A DNA stretch of 63,110 nucleotides, filler included. It is 10 parts of 10 records of this genome, joined end to end, with 100 filler letters (N's around TTAATTAATTAA, not from the genome) between each part and the next. Parts side by side here need not be neighbours in the genome. Positions count along the whole stretch, not along the records: positions 22,660 to 40,066 come from SRR11831585_155; positions 40,167 to 42,664 come from SRR11831585_158; positions 42,765 to 53,022 come from SRR11831585_173; 7 more parts are not named here. One strand, 5' to 3'. A program made the translations under genes and the position numbers. Positions 37,127 through 47,336 of this stretch are shown here, in pieces. The notes under the pieces are model-generated. The model worked only from the letters and a program-made list of their open reading frames with translations, was not told the DNA's origin and did no database searches. Every line of letters begins with the position of its first letter. The first letter of the stretch is position 1.

Positions 37127-37585
37127 ATGGAAAATTATCTGATCGACAATCTGGACCGTGGCATCCTGGAAGCATTAATGGGCAATGCGCGCACCGCTTA
37201 CGCCGAACTGGCGAAACAATTTGGCGTCAGTCCGGAGACGATTCACGTTCGAGTAGAGAAAATGAAGCAGGCGGGGATCATTACCGGGGCGCGTATTGAT
37301 GTCAGCCCGAAGCAGCTCGGTTATGACGTAGGCTGCTTTATCGGCATTATATTAAAGAGCGCCAAAGACTACCCTTCCGCGCTGGCAAAGCTGGAAAGCC
37401 TTGATGAAGTCACTGAAGCCTATTACACAACCGGCCACTACAGCATCTTTATAAAAGTGATGTGCCGTTCGATCGACGCTCTCCAGCATGTACTTATCAA
37501 CAAGATCCAAACAATTGATGAAATTCAGTCCACCGAGACATTGATCGTCCTGCAAAACCCGATCATGCGTACCATCAAGCCCTGA
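37127..37585 (+). CDS. asnC: Lrp/AsnC-family regulator AsnC
   Basis: Lrp HTH plus RAM domain; divergent from asnA. Confidence 0.96.
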   Translation: MENYLIDNLDRGILEALMGNARTAYAELAKQFGVSPETIHVRVEKMKQAGIITGARIDVSPKQLGYDVGCFIGIILKSAKDYPSALAKLESLDEVTEAYYTTGHYSIFIKVMCRSIDALQHVLINKIQTIDEIQSTETLIVLQNPIMRTIKP

Positions 37586-37606
37586 TCGGCTTTTTTAATC
37601 CCATAC

Positions 37607-37615
37607 TTTTCCACA
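37607..37615 (+). promoter_or_regulatory. DnaA box in the mioC promoter
   Basis: TTTTCCACA, one mismatch from TTATCCACA, upstream of mioC. Confidence 0.65.
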
Positions 37616-37674
37616 GGTAGATCCCAACGCGTTCACAGCGTACAATACGCCACTCTTAATAAAGGTGGCGGTTT

Positions 37675-38118
37675 ATGGCAGATATCACTCTTATCAGCGG
37701 CAGCACCCTCGGCGGTGCCGAATATGTAGCAGAACACCTGGCTGAAAAGCTGGAAGAGGCGGGTTTTACCACCGAAACGCTGCACGGTCCGCTGTTAGAA
37801 GATTTACCTGCCTCAGGGATCTGGCTGGTTATCAGCTCCACCCACGGTGCCGGAGATATTCCGGACAACCTTTCTCCTTTCTATGAAGCATTGCAGGAAC
37901 AGAAGCCCGATCTTTCTGCAGTCCGCTTTGGCGCAATCGGTATTGGCAGTCGTGAATATGACACCTTTTGTGGGGCTATCGATAAACTCGAGGCAGAACT
38001 CAAAAATTCCGGTGCAAAACAGACAGGCGAAACACTGAAGATCAACATTCTTGATCACGACATTCCGGAAGATCCGGCAGAAGAATGGCTGGGATCGTGG
38101 GTTAATTTACTCAAATAA
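37675..38118 (+). CDS. mioC: Flavodoxin MioC
   Basis: GSTLGGAE and STHGAGD flavodoxin motifs. Confidence 0.96.
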   Translation: MADITLISGSTLGGAEYVAEHLAEKLEEAGFTTETLHGPLLEDLPASGIWLVISSTHGAGDIPDNLSPFYEALQEQKPDLSAVRFGAIGIGSREYDTFCGAIDKLEAELKNSGAKQTGETLKINILDHDIPEDPAEEWLGSWVNLLK

Positions 38119-38140
38119 GTATACAGATCGTGCGATCTAC

Positions 38141-38386
38141 TGTGGATAACTCTGTCAGGAAGCTTGGATCAACCGGTAGTTATCCAAAGAACAACTGTTG
38201 TTCAGTTTTTGAGTTGTGTATAACCCCTCATTCTGATCCCAGCTTATACGGTCCAGGATCACCGATCATTCACAGTTAATGATCCTTTCCAGGTTGTTGA
38301 TCTTAAAAGCCGGATCCTTGTTATCCACAGGGCAGTGCGATCCTAATAAGAGATCACAATAGAACAGATCTCTAAATAAATAGATC
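38141..38386 (-). other. oriC: Chromosomal replication origin oriC
   Basis: DnaA boxes at 38141-38149 (R4) and 38321-38329 (R1), three AT-rich 13-mers (38343-38355, 38358-38370, 38374-38386), dense GATC sites, between mioC and mnmG. Confidence 0.98.
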
Positions 38387-38496
38387 TTCTTTTTAATACC
38401 CAGGATCCCAGGTCTTTCTCAAGCCGACAAAGTTGAGTAGAATCCACGGCCCGGGCTTCAATCCATTTTCATACCGCGTTATGCGAGGCAATCACC

Positions 38497-40066
38497 ATGT
38501 TTTATCCGGATCCTTTTGACGTCATCATCATTGGCGGGGGTCATGCAGGCACCGAGGCCGCGATGGCCGCGGCGCGTATGGGTCAACAGACTCTGCTTTT
38601 GACACACAATATCGACACTCTGGGGCAGATGAGCTGCAACCCGGCGATCGGCGGTATTGGGAAGGGACATCTGGTAAAAGAAGTGGATGCACTCGGCGGT
38701 CTGATGGCGAAAGCGATCGATCAGGCGGGTATCCAGTTTAGGATACTAAACGCAAGCAAAGGACCGGCGGTTCGCGCTACCCGAGCTCAGGCGGATCGTG
38801 TGCTCTACCGTCAGGCGGTACGTACGGCGCTGGAGAACCAACCGAACCTGATGATCTTCCAGCAGGCGGTTGAAGATCTTATTGTCGAAAACGATCGCGT
38901 GGTCGGTGCTGTTACCCAAATGGGACTGAAGTTCCGTGCCAAAGCCGTCGTGCTCACCGTTGGGACGTTCCTCGACGGTAAAATTCATATCGGTCTGGAT
39001 AATTACAGCGGTGGCCGTGCTGGTGATCCGCCGTCCATTCCGCTTTCTCGCCGTTTGCGTGAACTGCCGCTGCGCGTTGGTCGTCTGAAAACCGGGACAC
39101 CACCGCGTATTGATGCTCGAACCATCGACTTTAGCGTACTGGCGCAACAGCATGGCGATAACCCAATGCCGGTATTCTCGTTTATGGGCAATGCGTCCCA
39201 GCATCCCCAGCAGGTGCCGTGTTATATCACTCATACCAACGAGAAAACCCATGATGTGATCCGCAGTAACCTCGATCGTAGCCCAATGTACGCAGGGGTG
39301 ATCGAAGGTGTCGGCCCACGCTACTGCCCGTCGATCGAAGACAAAGTCATGCGCTTCGCCGACAGAAATCAGCATCAGATCTTCCTTGAACCGGAAGGAC
39401 TGACCTCTAATGAAATTTATCCGAACGGTATCTCCACCAGCCTGCCGTTCGATGTGCAGATGCAAATCGTCCGCTCTATGCAGGGGATGGAAAACGCGAA
39501 GATCGTGCGTCCGGGTTATGCCATTGAGTATGACTTCTTCGATCCTCGCGACCTGAAACCGACGCTGGAGAGCAAGTTTATCCAGGGGCTGTTCTTTGCT
39601 GGTCAGATTAACGGCACTACCGGTTACGAAGAAGCCGCTGCGCAAGGTTTGCTGGCCGGTCTTAACGCTGCCCGTCTGTCTGCTGACAAAGAAGGTTGGG
39701 CTCCGGCACGTTCTCAGGCGTATCTCGGCGTACTAGTTGATGACCTGTGCACTTTAGGAACCAAAGAACCGTATCGTATGTTTACTTCGCGCGCAGAATA
39801 TCGTCTGATGCTACGCGAAGATAATGCGGATCTGCGTTTGACTGAAATCGGTCGTGAACTGGGCCTGGTGGATGACGAACGTTGGGCGCGCTTTAACGAG
39901 AAACTTGAGAATATCGAGCGTGAGCGTCAGCGTCTGAAATCGACCTGGGTAACCCCGTCGGCGGAAGCTGCAGCCGAAGTGAATGCTCACCTGACTGCGC
40001 CGCTTTCCCGTGAAGCCAGTGGTGAAGATCTGCTGCGTCGTCCGGAAATGACTTAATGAAAAATTA
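38497..40066 (+). CDS. mnmG: tRNA U34 modification enzyme MnmG (GidA), 5' partial
   Basis: [38 protein letters not shown] motifs; ends at the contig edge. Confidence 0.96.
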
Positions 40067-40166
40067 NNNNNNNNNNNNNNNNNNNNNNNNNNNNNNNNNN
40101 NNNNNNNNNNTTAATTAATTAANNNNNNNNNNNNNNNNNNNNNNNNNNNNNNNNNNNNNNNNNNNN
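40067..40166. other. Artificial contig spacer
   Basis: 44 N + TTAATTAATTAA + 44 N. Confidence 0.99.
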
Positions 40167-40213
40167 TCTCATGACTGTGTGTATGTTGTGTGAGGTCCGA
40201 TGTGTGTATGTAC

Positions 40214-41005
40214 TCGCCCAGCTGCAGAGCCACAGCTGACGCGAGCAGTCCATAGGTACCGATCTACGCAGGCACAAACGTTAACATTGAGTCAGGATTG
40301 ATACACATGCAGACATATCCGTGCAGAAATACGGTGAACGTACGCAATAGTAAGTGTACCTGAACACGCCCTTACGTGGACATACACATACACGCACAAT
40401 ACGACGGCCTAGACGCATAATAATACCAACACGCACGGCGAGGATATACGCATAAATATGTGCACATTCACATACATAAACACAAAACACAACTACAAAC
40501 CCCACCAACGCAGGCCGATAGACAAGCGTACCGGAGCGGGGTAATAGAACCGGCCCTGTGAATCCAGTCGAATCCGAGACACATCAAAGGGTTCACGAAG
40601 ATCCCCTGCATACACCAGCACGAACTGCTGACGGTCGCTCACACGCTGAAGGGTGTGATACACGATGGGGACATCAGCACAGCAAATGTAATTGTTCTCT
40701 CCTGCGCATTCAGATATCCATGGAAACCCAGCATGCATGTTGCTTTCGTCACGTCGTATTCGGCGGACGAAGAAATTCAGGAATCGCCGATCTTTCAGGA
40801 AAGTCGGTCCGTAGGGTAACCGCGCTTGGTTTTTCTGCACGTTGTAAATATGACCCTGTTCGCTGATATAGTAGAACCTGCACATTGAGATGAGATGAAA
40901 CCAATCAGATGGCGGATGTTATGAAAGGTACCATTCCCGCGGTGCAGCTGATGAATAATGTCGGGAAAGAGATCTGTGAGCCCAGCGCAACAACCGCTGC
41001 AGCAT
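40214..41005 (-). CDS. Eukaryotic C8orf82/DUF4505 (UPF0598)-like protein, spliced, 3' end missing; exons 41005-40932, 40877-40532, 40263-40214
   Basis: Spliced product has REWFYYISEQG, LKDRRFLNFFVRRI, FPWISECAGENNY..C.D.PIVY, GRFYYPAP and YGLLASAVALQL, in the motif order I recall for C8orf82. Confidence 0.75.
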
Positions 41006-42380
41006 GTTACACTCACACACTCAAAACACATGCAAAACTTGAAAACTCCAGGGAGCCCACAAGGTTATGGTTCTCTGACATTTCTTTTACCCCAAATCTA
41101 CCCAAAGTCAACTTACCGAGCCGGGTACCTTACATATTCATCTTAGTATCACCGCCCACCTATCAAAATCTATGAAATGAAACGACATGCAATGGGGCTC
41201 TTACATAAGCCCGATGTGGGTGGGAACGACTGGTCGATAAGACGGTATACGGTTTGTTCTGTTTATTAACATGCTATGACGACATTATGTAGCTCGGGTA
41301 CGTTGTCGGTTATCACACACGGTACATACTCCCACTCACCTCTGAGGTTCCTGAACGATAGCGAGGGCCAAGAGCGGTGAGAGTTAGATCTGCAGAAGAC
41401 GCAGTTAAGGTACTCCCCGATATTACGAGAGGAGAGAGAGTATGGGTGTAGCCACGCAGACTAGCTGCATAATGTGGTTAGAGGACATTGATAAGGATAC
41501 CGTGCTGTATCGATACCACCATGGTTGTAATCGACAAGTCTCGAGTCCCCACCCACAGTCTGATTGCTTGGTGAATCGACAAGACTCGAGAACTGCGCGT
41601 ACATTATATGCAAGTTATACACAAGTTATACATGTATACTCGAGAATGAGACGTGTGAGAATAGCACCCGATGCTGGAAGCGTGATAGTCCTATGGTGAT
41701 GTGACAAGTATCAGCATGTGTTTGTGTATGTCTACATAGAGCGTTTAAAAGGACCCGCACACATATATCTCGAAGCACCCACAAACTTACAGGTGTCGTT
41801 ACGAGTACACATCGCTGGAGCACGATACATGCATACACACGCACGCTCACGCACACACACATGTGCACACACACATACATGAACACACGAATACGTACAT
41901 ACACACACTAGCTTTCGCTTTCCAGTCTCTCACTTATGTCAATATGTGGACTTAACATATAAATCTAGCCCACGCCAGCTTACGTCAATGCGTGACCACA
42001 CCACACACATACACGACGTATCTACTCTGAGAGCTCCGTCTCTATCGACACAGCTATAGGTCTGAAAGCTGGGGTGTAGACTTTGGATGTAGGTGACAAG
42101 TGCGCGTGGCGCACAAAAAGGCAAGCCCTCTTTCAATTCTCCCACGCAGGTAGTCGACTATTTGGTATCTTTATCCAATTGTGTGCTCAGCTGACTACCA
42201 CCTTGTATATCTAATCTACGTTGTCACTCGAGTCCCATAAACCATTCGCATCCCACTGAGGAGGTGTGAGTTGGTAAGCAGCACATTCTGTCCGTATATC
42301 TCGAGTGATTCCTCTCAATATTTTATTCACTACTATCAAGAAAGTTGCTCGTTCATATAACAGACGCCCGGTCTCCCTTA

Positions 42381-42436
42381 TTATACGTTGCGCTTCTCCG
42401 GAGGCACGTAGGGCATTCCCAGATAATCAAACACAT
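42381..42436 (-). CDS. Terminal exon of a family X DNA polymerase (pol beta/lambda-like)
   Basis: After a TG-rich intron ending TATAG the minus strand reads xAT-VFDYLGMPYVPPEKRNV-stop, matching the PolX thumb C-terminal motif IF..LG..Y..P..R. Confidence 0.65.
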
Positions 42437-42616
42437 CTATATACACACAGGAGATGACGAACAGACAACATATGCCCACTCAAATCAACGAGAACAACAC
42501 ATGCTTACGAAGACGCACTCTTTGCAACATTCACAGAACATTAAACACAGCAGACAAGAGCAGAGAAACAACAAAGACAGCCAATCAGATGAAGTCACTG
42601 AACAAAAGCAGGAGTG

Positions 42617-42664
42617 TCACACACACAAACACATACACACACACATACACAAACACACACACAC
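42617..42664. repeat. Imperfect (CA)n microsatellite at the contig end
   Basis: CACACACAAACACATACACAC... Confidence 0.9.
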
Positions 42665-42764
42665 NNNNNNNNNNNNNNNNNNNNNNNNNNNNNNNNNNNN
42701 NNNNNNNNTTAATTAATTAANNNNNNNNNNNNNNNNNNNNNNNNNNNNNNNNNNNNNNNNNNNN
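42665..42764. other. Artificial contig spacer
   Basis: 44 N + TTAATTAATTAA + 44 N. Confidence 0.99.
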
Positions 42765-43538
42765 GAAGGGCAGAAGCTGGCAGGCGCACTGAAAGTTCAC
42801 GTTGATGAATACGACGTTGATGTGATCGACAGCCAGAGCGCCAGCAAACTGATCCCAGCAGCAGTTGAAGGTGGTCTGCATCAGATTGAAACAGCTTCTG
42901 GCGCGGTACTGAAAGCACGCAGCATTATCGTGGCGACCGGTGCAAAATGGCGCAACATGAACGTTCCGGGCGAAGATCAGTATCGCACCAAAGGCGTGAC
43001 CTACTGCCCGCACTGCGACGGCCCGCTGTTTAAAGGTAAACGCGTAGCGGTTATCGGCGGCGGTAACTCCGGCGTGGAAGCGGCAATTGACCTGGCGGGT
43101 ATCGTTGAGCACGTAACGCTGCTGGAATTTGCGCCAGAAATGAAAGCCGACCAGGTTCTGCAGGACAAACTGCGCAGCCTGAAAAACGTCGACATTATTC
43201 TGAATGCGCAAACCACGGAAGTGAAAGGCGACGGCAGCAAAGTCGTTGGTCTGGAATATCGAGATCGTGTCAGCGGCGATATTCACAACATCGAACTGGC
43301 CGGTATTTTCGTCCAGATTGGTCTGCTGCCGAACACCAACTGGCTCGAAGGCGCAGTCGAACGTAACCGCATGGGCGAGATTATCATTGATGCGAAATGC
43401 GAAACCAACGTGAAAGGCGTGTTCGCAGCGGGTGACTGTACGACGGTTCCGTACAAGCAGATCATCATCGCCACTGGCGAAGGTGCCAAAGCCTCTCTGA
43501 GTGCTTTTGACTACCTGATTCGCACCAAAACTGCATAA
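42765..43538 (+). CDS. ahpF: Alkyl hydroperoxide reductase subunit F, 3' partial
   Basis: CPHCDG redox centre, GGGNSG, FAAGDCT. Confidence 0.96.
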   Translation, partial: EGQKLAGALKVHVDEYDVDVIDSQSASKLIPAAVEGGLHQIETASGAVLKARSIIVATGAKWRNMNVPGEDQYRTKGVTYCPHCDGPLFKGKRVAVIGGGNSGVEAAIDLAGIVEHVTLLEFAPEMKADQVLQDKLRSLKNVDIILNAQTTEVKGDGSKVVGLEYRDRVSGDIHNIELAGIFVQIGLLPNTNWLEGAVERNRMGEIIIDAKCETNVKGVFAAGDCTTVPYKQIIIATGEGAKASLSAFDYLIRTKTA

Positions 43539-43567
43539 GAAGAAGTAAGATTCACCTGCAATTGCTT

Positions 43568-43598
43568 AGCCGCCGGGGTCAAACCTGGCGGCTTTTTT
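43568..43598 (+). terminator. Terminator after ahpF
   Basis: AGCCGCC...GGCGGCT stem followed by T6. Confidence 0.75.
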
Positions 43599-43658
43599 AT
43601 GGCATTAAAAAGCCCCGCCGGGATGGCTCCGGGCAGGGCGGGATACTTATTCTGGCAA

Positions 43659-44087
43659 TTAACGCACAACCAGCACCGGCAGATTGGCGTGGCGGATCAC
43701 GCTCGAGGCGTTAGAACCTAACAGATGGGTCGAAATCGATGGGTTGCGAGAACCAATAACTACAACATCAGCCCCCAGTTCTTCTGCCAACTCATTGACT
43801 TCATCCCGCACGCTACCAAAACGGACATGTTGTTTAATGCGGGAAGGATCGATGGTGAAGTGGCTGACCATCGTTTGCAGACGTTCTTGTGCTTCATGTT
43901 GCAGATGCTCTTCAAAACGACGCACATCAGCGGCAAAACGGTGCAGGCTCAGGCTGGCTGACCCGGGTAGTACGTGAAGTAGATGAATAACTCCGTCATC
44001 CTGGGCGAGGAATTCAGCGTGGCGAACAGCTTTGTCGCTCAATTCCATTTCAAATACATCAACTGGCATAATGATTGTCTTATACAT
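43659..44087 (-). CDS. uspG: Universal stress protein G
   Basis: Usp fold: [17 protein letters not shown]...A..PVLVVR. Confidence 0.93.
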
Positions 44088-44307
44088 AACCCTTTCTCCC
44101 TGTTAATCATGAACAAATCATTCGCCATGATTATAATATTTATCCCTGATATTTGTCTGGTTCTTTTTCCTTACGAACTGTTTCTGTGATGAATATATTC
44201 TCACTGAACACCAGGAATTCTCCCAAAACCTGTGGTACCGCCCGTTTTCCCGCTGTGATAGCTACCCTTAAAGACTGACTCTTTTTTGAACTGTCTCTGG
44301 AGGTTGC

Positions 44308-45546
44308 ATGAAAGCATTGACTTATCACGGCCCACATCACGTTCAGGTAGAAAATGTTCCCGATCCGGGCGTTGAACAGGCAGATGATATTATTCTGCGT
44401 ATTACGGCAACGGCGATCTGTGGCTCTGACCTCCATCTTTATCGAGGCAAAATACCTCAGGTTAAACATGGCGATATTTTTGGTCATGAATTTATGGGGG
44501 AAGTAGTTGAAACCGGAAAGGACGTAAAAAATTTGCAAAAAGGCGACCGAGTGGTAATTCCGTTCGTCATTGCTTGTGGCGACTGTTTTTTCTGTCGATT
44601 GCAACAATATGCCGCCTGCGAAAATACCAATGCGGGTAAAGGCGCTGCGCTCAATAAAAAACAGATACCAGCTCCAGCGGCATTGTTTGGTTATAGTCAC
44701 CTGTATGGCGGCGTTCCTGGTGGGCAGGCGGAATATGTCCGCGTCCCTAAAGGGAATGTGGGGCCGTTTAAAGTACCGCCTTTGCTTTCAGATGATAAAG
44801 CGCTTTTCCTTTCTGATATTCTGCCAACGGCATGGCAGGCAGCAAAAAATGCGCAGATCCAACAAGGTTCAAGCGTTGCAGTCTATGGTGCTGGTCCTGT
44901 GGGATTGTTGACAATCGCCTGTGCACGGTTGCTCGGTGCGGAACAGATTTTTGTTGTTGATCATCATCCCTACCGCTTGCATTTCGCCGCCGACCGCTAC
45001 GGCGCGATCCCGATTAATTTTGATGAAGACAGCGATCCGGCACAGTCAATTATTGAACAAACGGCAGGTCACCGGGGCGTGGATGCAGTAATAGACGCCG
45101 TCGGTTTTGAAGCGAAAGGCAGCACCACGGAAACGGTGCTGACTAACCTGAAACTGGAGGGCAGCAGCGGTAAAGCGTTGCGTCAGTGTATTGCGGCGGT
45201 CAGGCGTGGCGGCATTGTTAGCGTACCGGGCGTCTACGCTGGATTTATTCACGGTTTCCTGTTTGGCGACGCCTTTGATAAAGGGTTGTCGTTTAAAATG
45301 GGACAGACCCACGTTCACGCATGGCTGGGAGAATTATTACCGTTAATTGAGAAAGGATTACTGAAACCAGAAGAAATTGTTACCCACTATATGCCGTTTG
45401 AAGAGGCCGCCCGGGGATATGAGATTTTCGAAAAACGTGAAGAGGAGTGCCGTAAGGTGATTCTGGTACCCGGTGCACAAAGCGCAGAGGCGGCGCAGAA
45501 GGCGGTTTCAGGTCTGGTGAATGCGATGCCGGGGGGAACAATATGA
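44308..45546 (+). CDS. ybdR: Zn-dependent alcohol dehydrogenase-family protein YbdR
   Basis: ICGSDLH, GHEFMG, CGDCFFC motifs. Confidence 0.92.
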
Positions 45547-45549
45547 TCG

Positions 45550-45639
45550 TCAGGAGTGGTTTTCGAGGTAAAGGACAGCCATGACGATAATCGCCGCCAT
45601 AATCAGAAATCCTATCAGGATGTAAAATGCTTCTGCCAT
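45550..45639 (-). CDS. yldA: 29-aa small membrane protein (probably YldA)
   Basis: MAEAFYILIGFLIMAAIIVMAVLYLENHS, a single TM helix preceded by GGGA; name assigned from recalled K-12 position. Confidence 0.6.
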   Translation of the reverse strand: MAEAFYILIGFLIMAAIIVMAVLYLENHS

Positions 45640-45776
45640 GGTTATTCCCACAAACGAAACGGAATAATTTTGCAGCAAAAGTGAACAGTGAGAACCAGGA
45701 AAAATTGCTGATTTTGCGTAAAGAGGATGCGAGTGCATCCTCTGGGCAAAGCGAGTTATCGCTTGTGCAGATGGGA

Positions 45777-46187
45777 TTAAAGCAGGTAGTCGCCAGCAGC
45801 TTCTGGCTGGTATTCGAGTTCCAGCACTTCAAGGTGGGTTGCAACGCCGCCCGGAAGTTCCCAGTGAATGGAATCGCCAACGCGCAGCCCCAGCAGTGCG
45901 GCACCTACCGGAGCCATAACGGAAAGCTGAGTATTGCTATCGGTCATTTTTGCCGGATACACCAGCGTGCGCACACGCACTTCGCCATCGCTAAGATTGC
46001 GGAATTTAACCCGGCTGTTCATTGTCACCACGTCGTGTGGCATCTCTTCTGGCGAACACATTTGGGCGCGATCCAACTCTGCGTTTAACGCGTCGGCGAT
46101 TGGCAAACCAGCATAGGCGGGTTGCTCCAGCAGAATATCGATGCGTTCGGCATCCAGGTCGTTAATGATGATAGTTGGTCTGGACAT
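45777..46187 (-). CDS. rnk: Regulator of nucleoside diphosphate kinase Rnk
   Basis: GreA/B-like C-terminal motifs LVYP and [12 protein letters not shown]. Confidence 0.95.
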
Positions 46188-46416
46188 TTTTACTCCATGT
46201 CGTCGGTGCTGCGAGTGTCGCAGATAAACATACCCAAAAGAAAACCCTCACCGTCAGGCGGCGAGGGTTTAACTCACATGATGATACTGACTGTTGCTCA
46301 CTCTTTGAAGTGATTTGCGTCACATTCAGGGAATTCCTCAATGCAGCGCATTATGTATAAATCTTAATCGCCTTGGTTTATGGAAGACGAATTAGCGTGT
46401 TTTGTAAATCAGATGA

Positions 46417-47223
46417 TTAATAACCCGCTTTATCAATCACAAAGGTTTTGCCACAGTTACCTGGGTGAGGTTGTGGCAAGAATGAGTTTGCAGAAAGCGG
46501 AGCGTTGATGGCGTCAGCTTTGATCGAGATCTGAATTTCAGTCAAATACGCAGGGTTACCCTGGCACGTTAGCTTAACTGCTTTCACGTTCTCTTTTCCC
46601 CAGCTTTTGGCAAAGGCGGCGTCAAAGTCACGGCGGCTCACTGTTTTACCGTAATTATCCGCAAGGAATTTTCCGGCTTCGCTCTCTTTAATTTCTTGAT
46701 TCAGGCGTACCATCGTACCGAAGTATGCGTCCGGATCAAAACCAAAGCAGGCACCGTGTTTGGCATATTCGTAGCGTTCCAGGCAGGAACGTCCGCCAGC
46801 TCCTGGCATGACTTCACTTAGTTTAGCGGCCGTTTCCAGTGATAATCCGGTTTCCGGCGATGAACACATTCGGCTGGCGCGCGCTTCTGGTAGATTCGGG
46901 ATTGGGCGAGTAGCGCAACCGAAGCGCATCCAGCGGCGTTCATCAACACCACGGGCAGCAACCGATTTAGGCAATCCTGGCCACAGACCATGTACGGTCA
47001 GAAAATCAGCTTTGTTGGTCGTTTCGGTTTGCAGGCGACATTCATCTCGTTCGTTACGATTTCGATCGTGTTGACTCTGGCAAAATCCGGTTTGCCAGGA
47101 GAGGGCCAGGACATAGCGATCAAAATCGCCATACTGTTTTGCCTGCAACGCTAAGGCGTTGGCAGAAGAGAAGGGAAGCAGAGAAACCGCGAGCAACGCG
47201 GCGTTACGCCAGAATGCTTTCAT
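46417..47223 (-). CDS. rna: RNase I (T2 family)
   Basis: Signal peptide, TVHGLWP and YEYAKHGAC active-site motifs. Confidence 0.96.
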   Translation of the reverse strand: MKAFWRNAALLAVSLLPFSSANALALQAKQYGDFDRYVLALSWQTGFCQSQHDRNRNERDECRLQTETTNKADFLTVHGLWPGLPKSVAARGVDERRWMRFGCATRPIPNLPEARASRMCSSPETGLSLETAAKLSEVMPGAGGRSCLERYEYAKHGACFGFDPDAYFGTMVRLNQEIKESEAGKFLADNYGKTVSRRDFDAAFAKSWGKENVKAVKLTCQGNPAYLTEIQISIKADAINAPLSANSFLPQPHPGNCGKTFVIDKAGY

Positions 47224-47271
47224 AATGGGTGTGGAACTCATACATACACTGAATACTATCTATTAAATCAT

Positions 47272-47305
47272 AAAAAAGCCCGCCAGGTGGGCTTACCTGG
47301 CGGGC
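47272..47305 (-). terminator. Terminator after citT
   Basis: GCCCGCCAGGT...ACCTGGCGGGC stem followed by T6 on the minus strand. Confidence 0.8.
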
Positions 47306-47336
47306 GTGATGATTTATTCAGCGTTTGGCGAACGTA

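Noticed and set aside
40050-40066. Premature stop making mnmG a pseudogene
   Set aside because: The TAA is 10 nt from the contig end. Removing one A from ACTTAATGAA restores ...PEMTYEKL, so a low-quality end insertion is more likely
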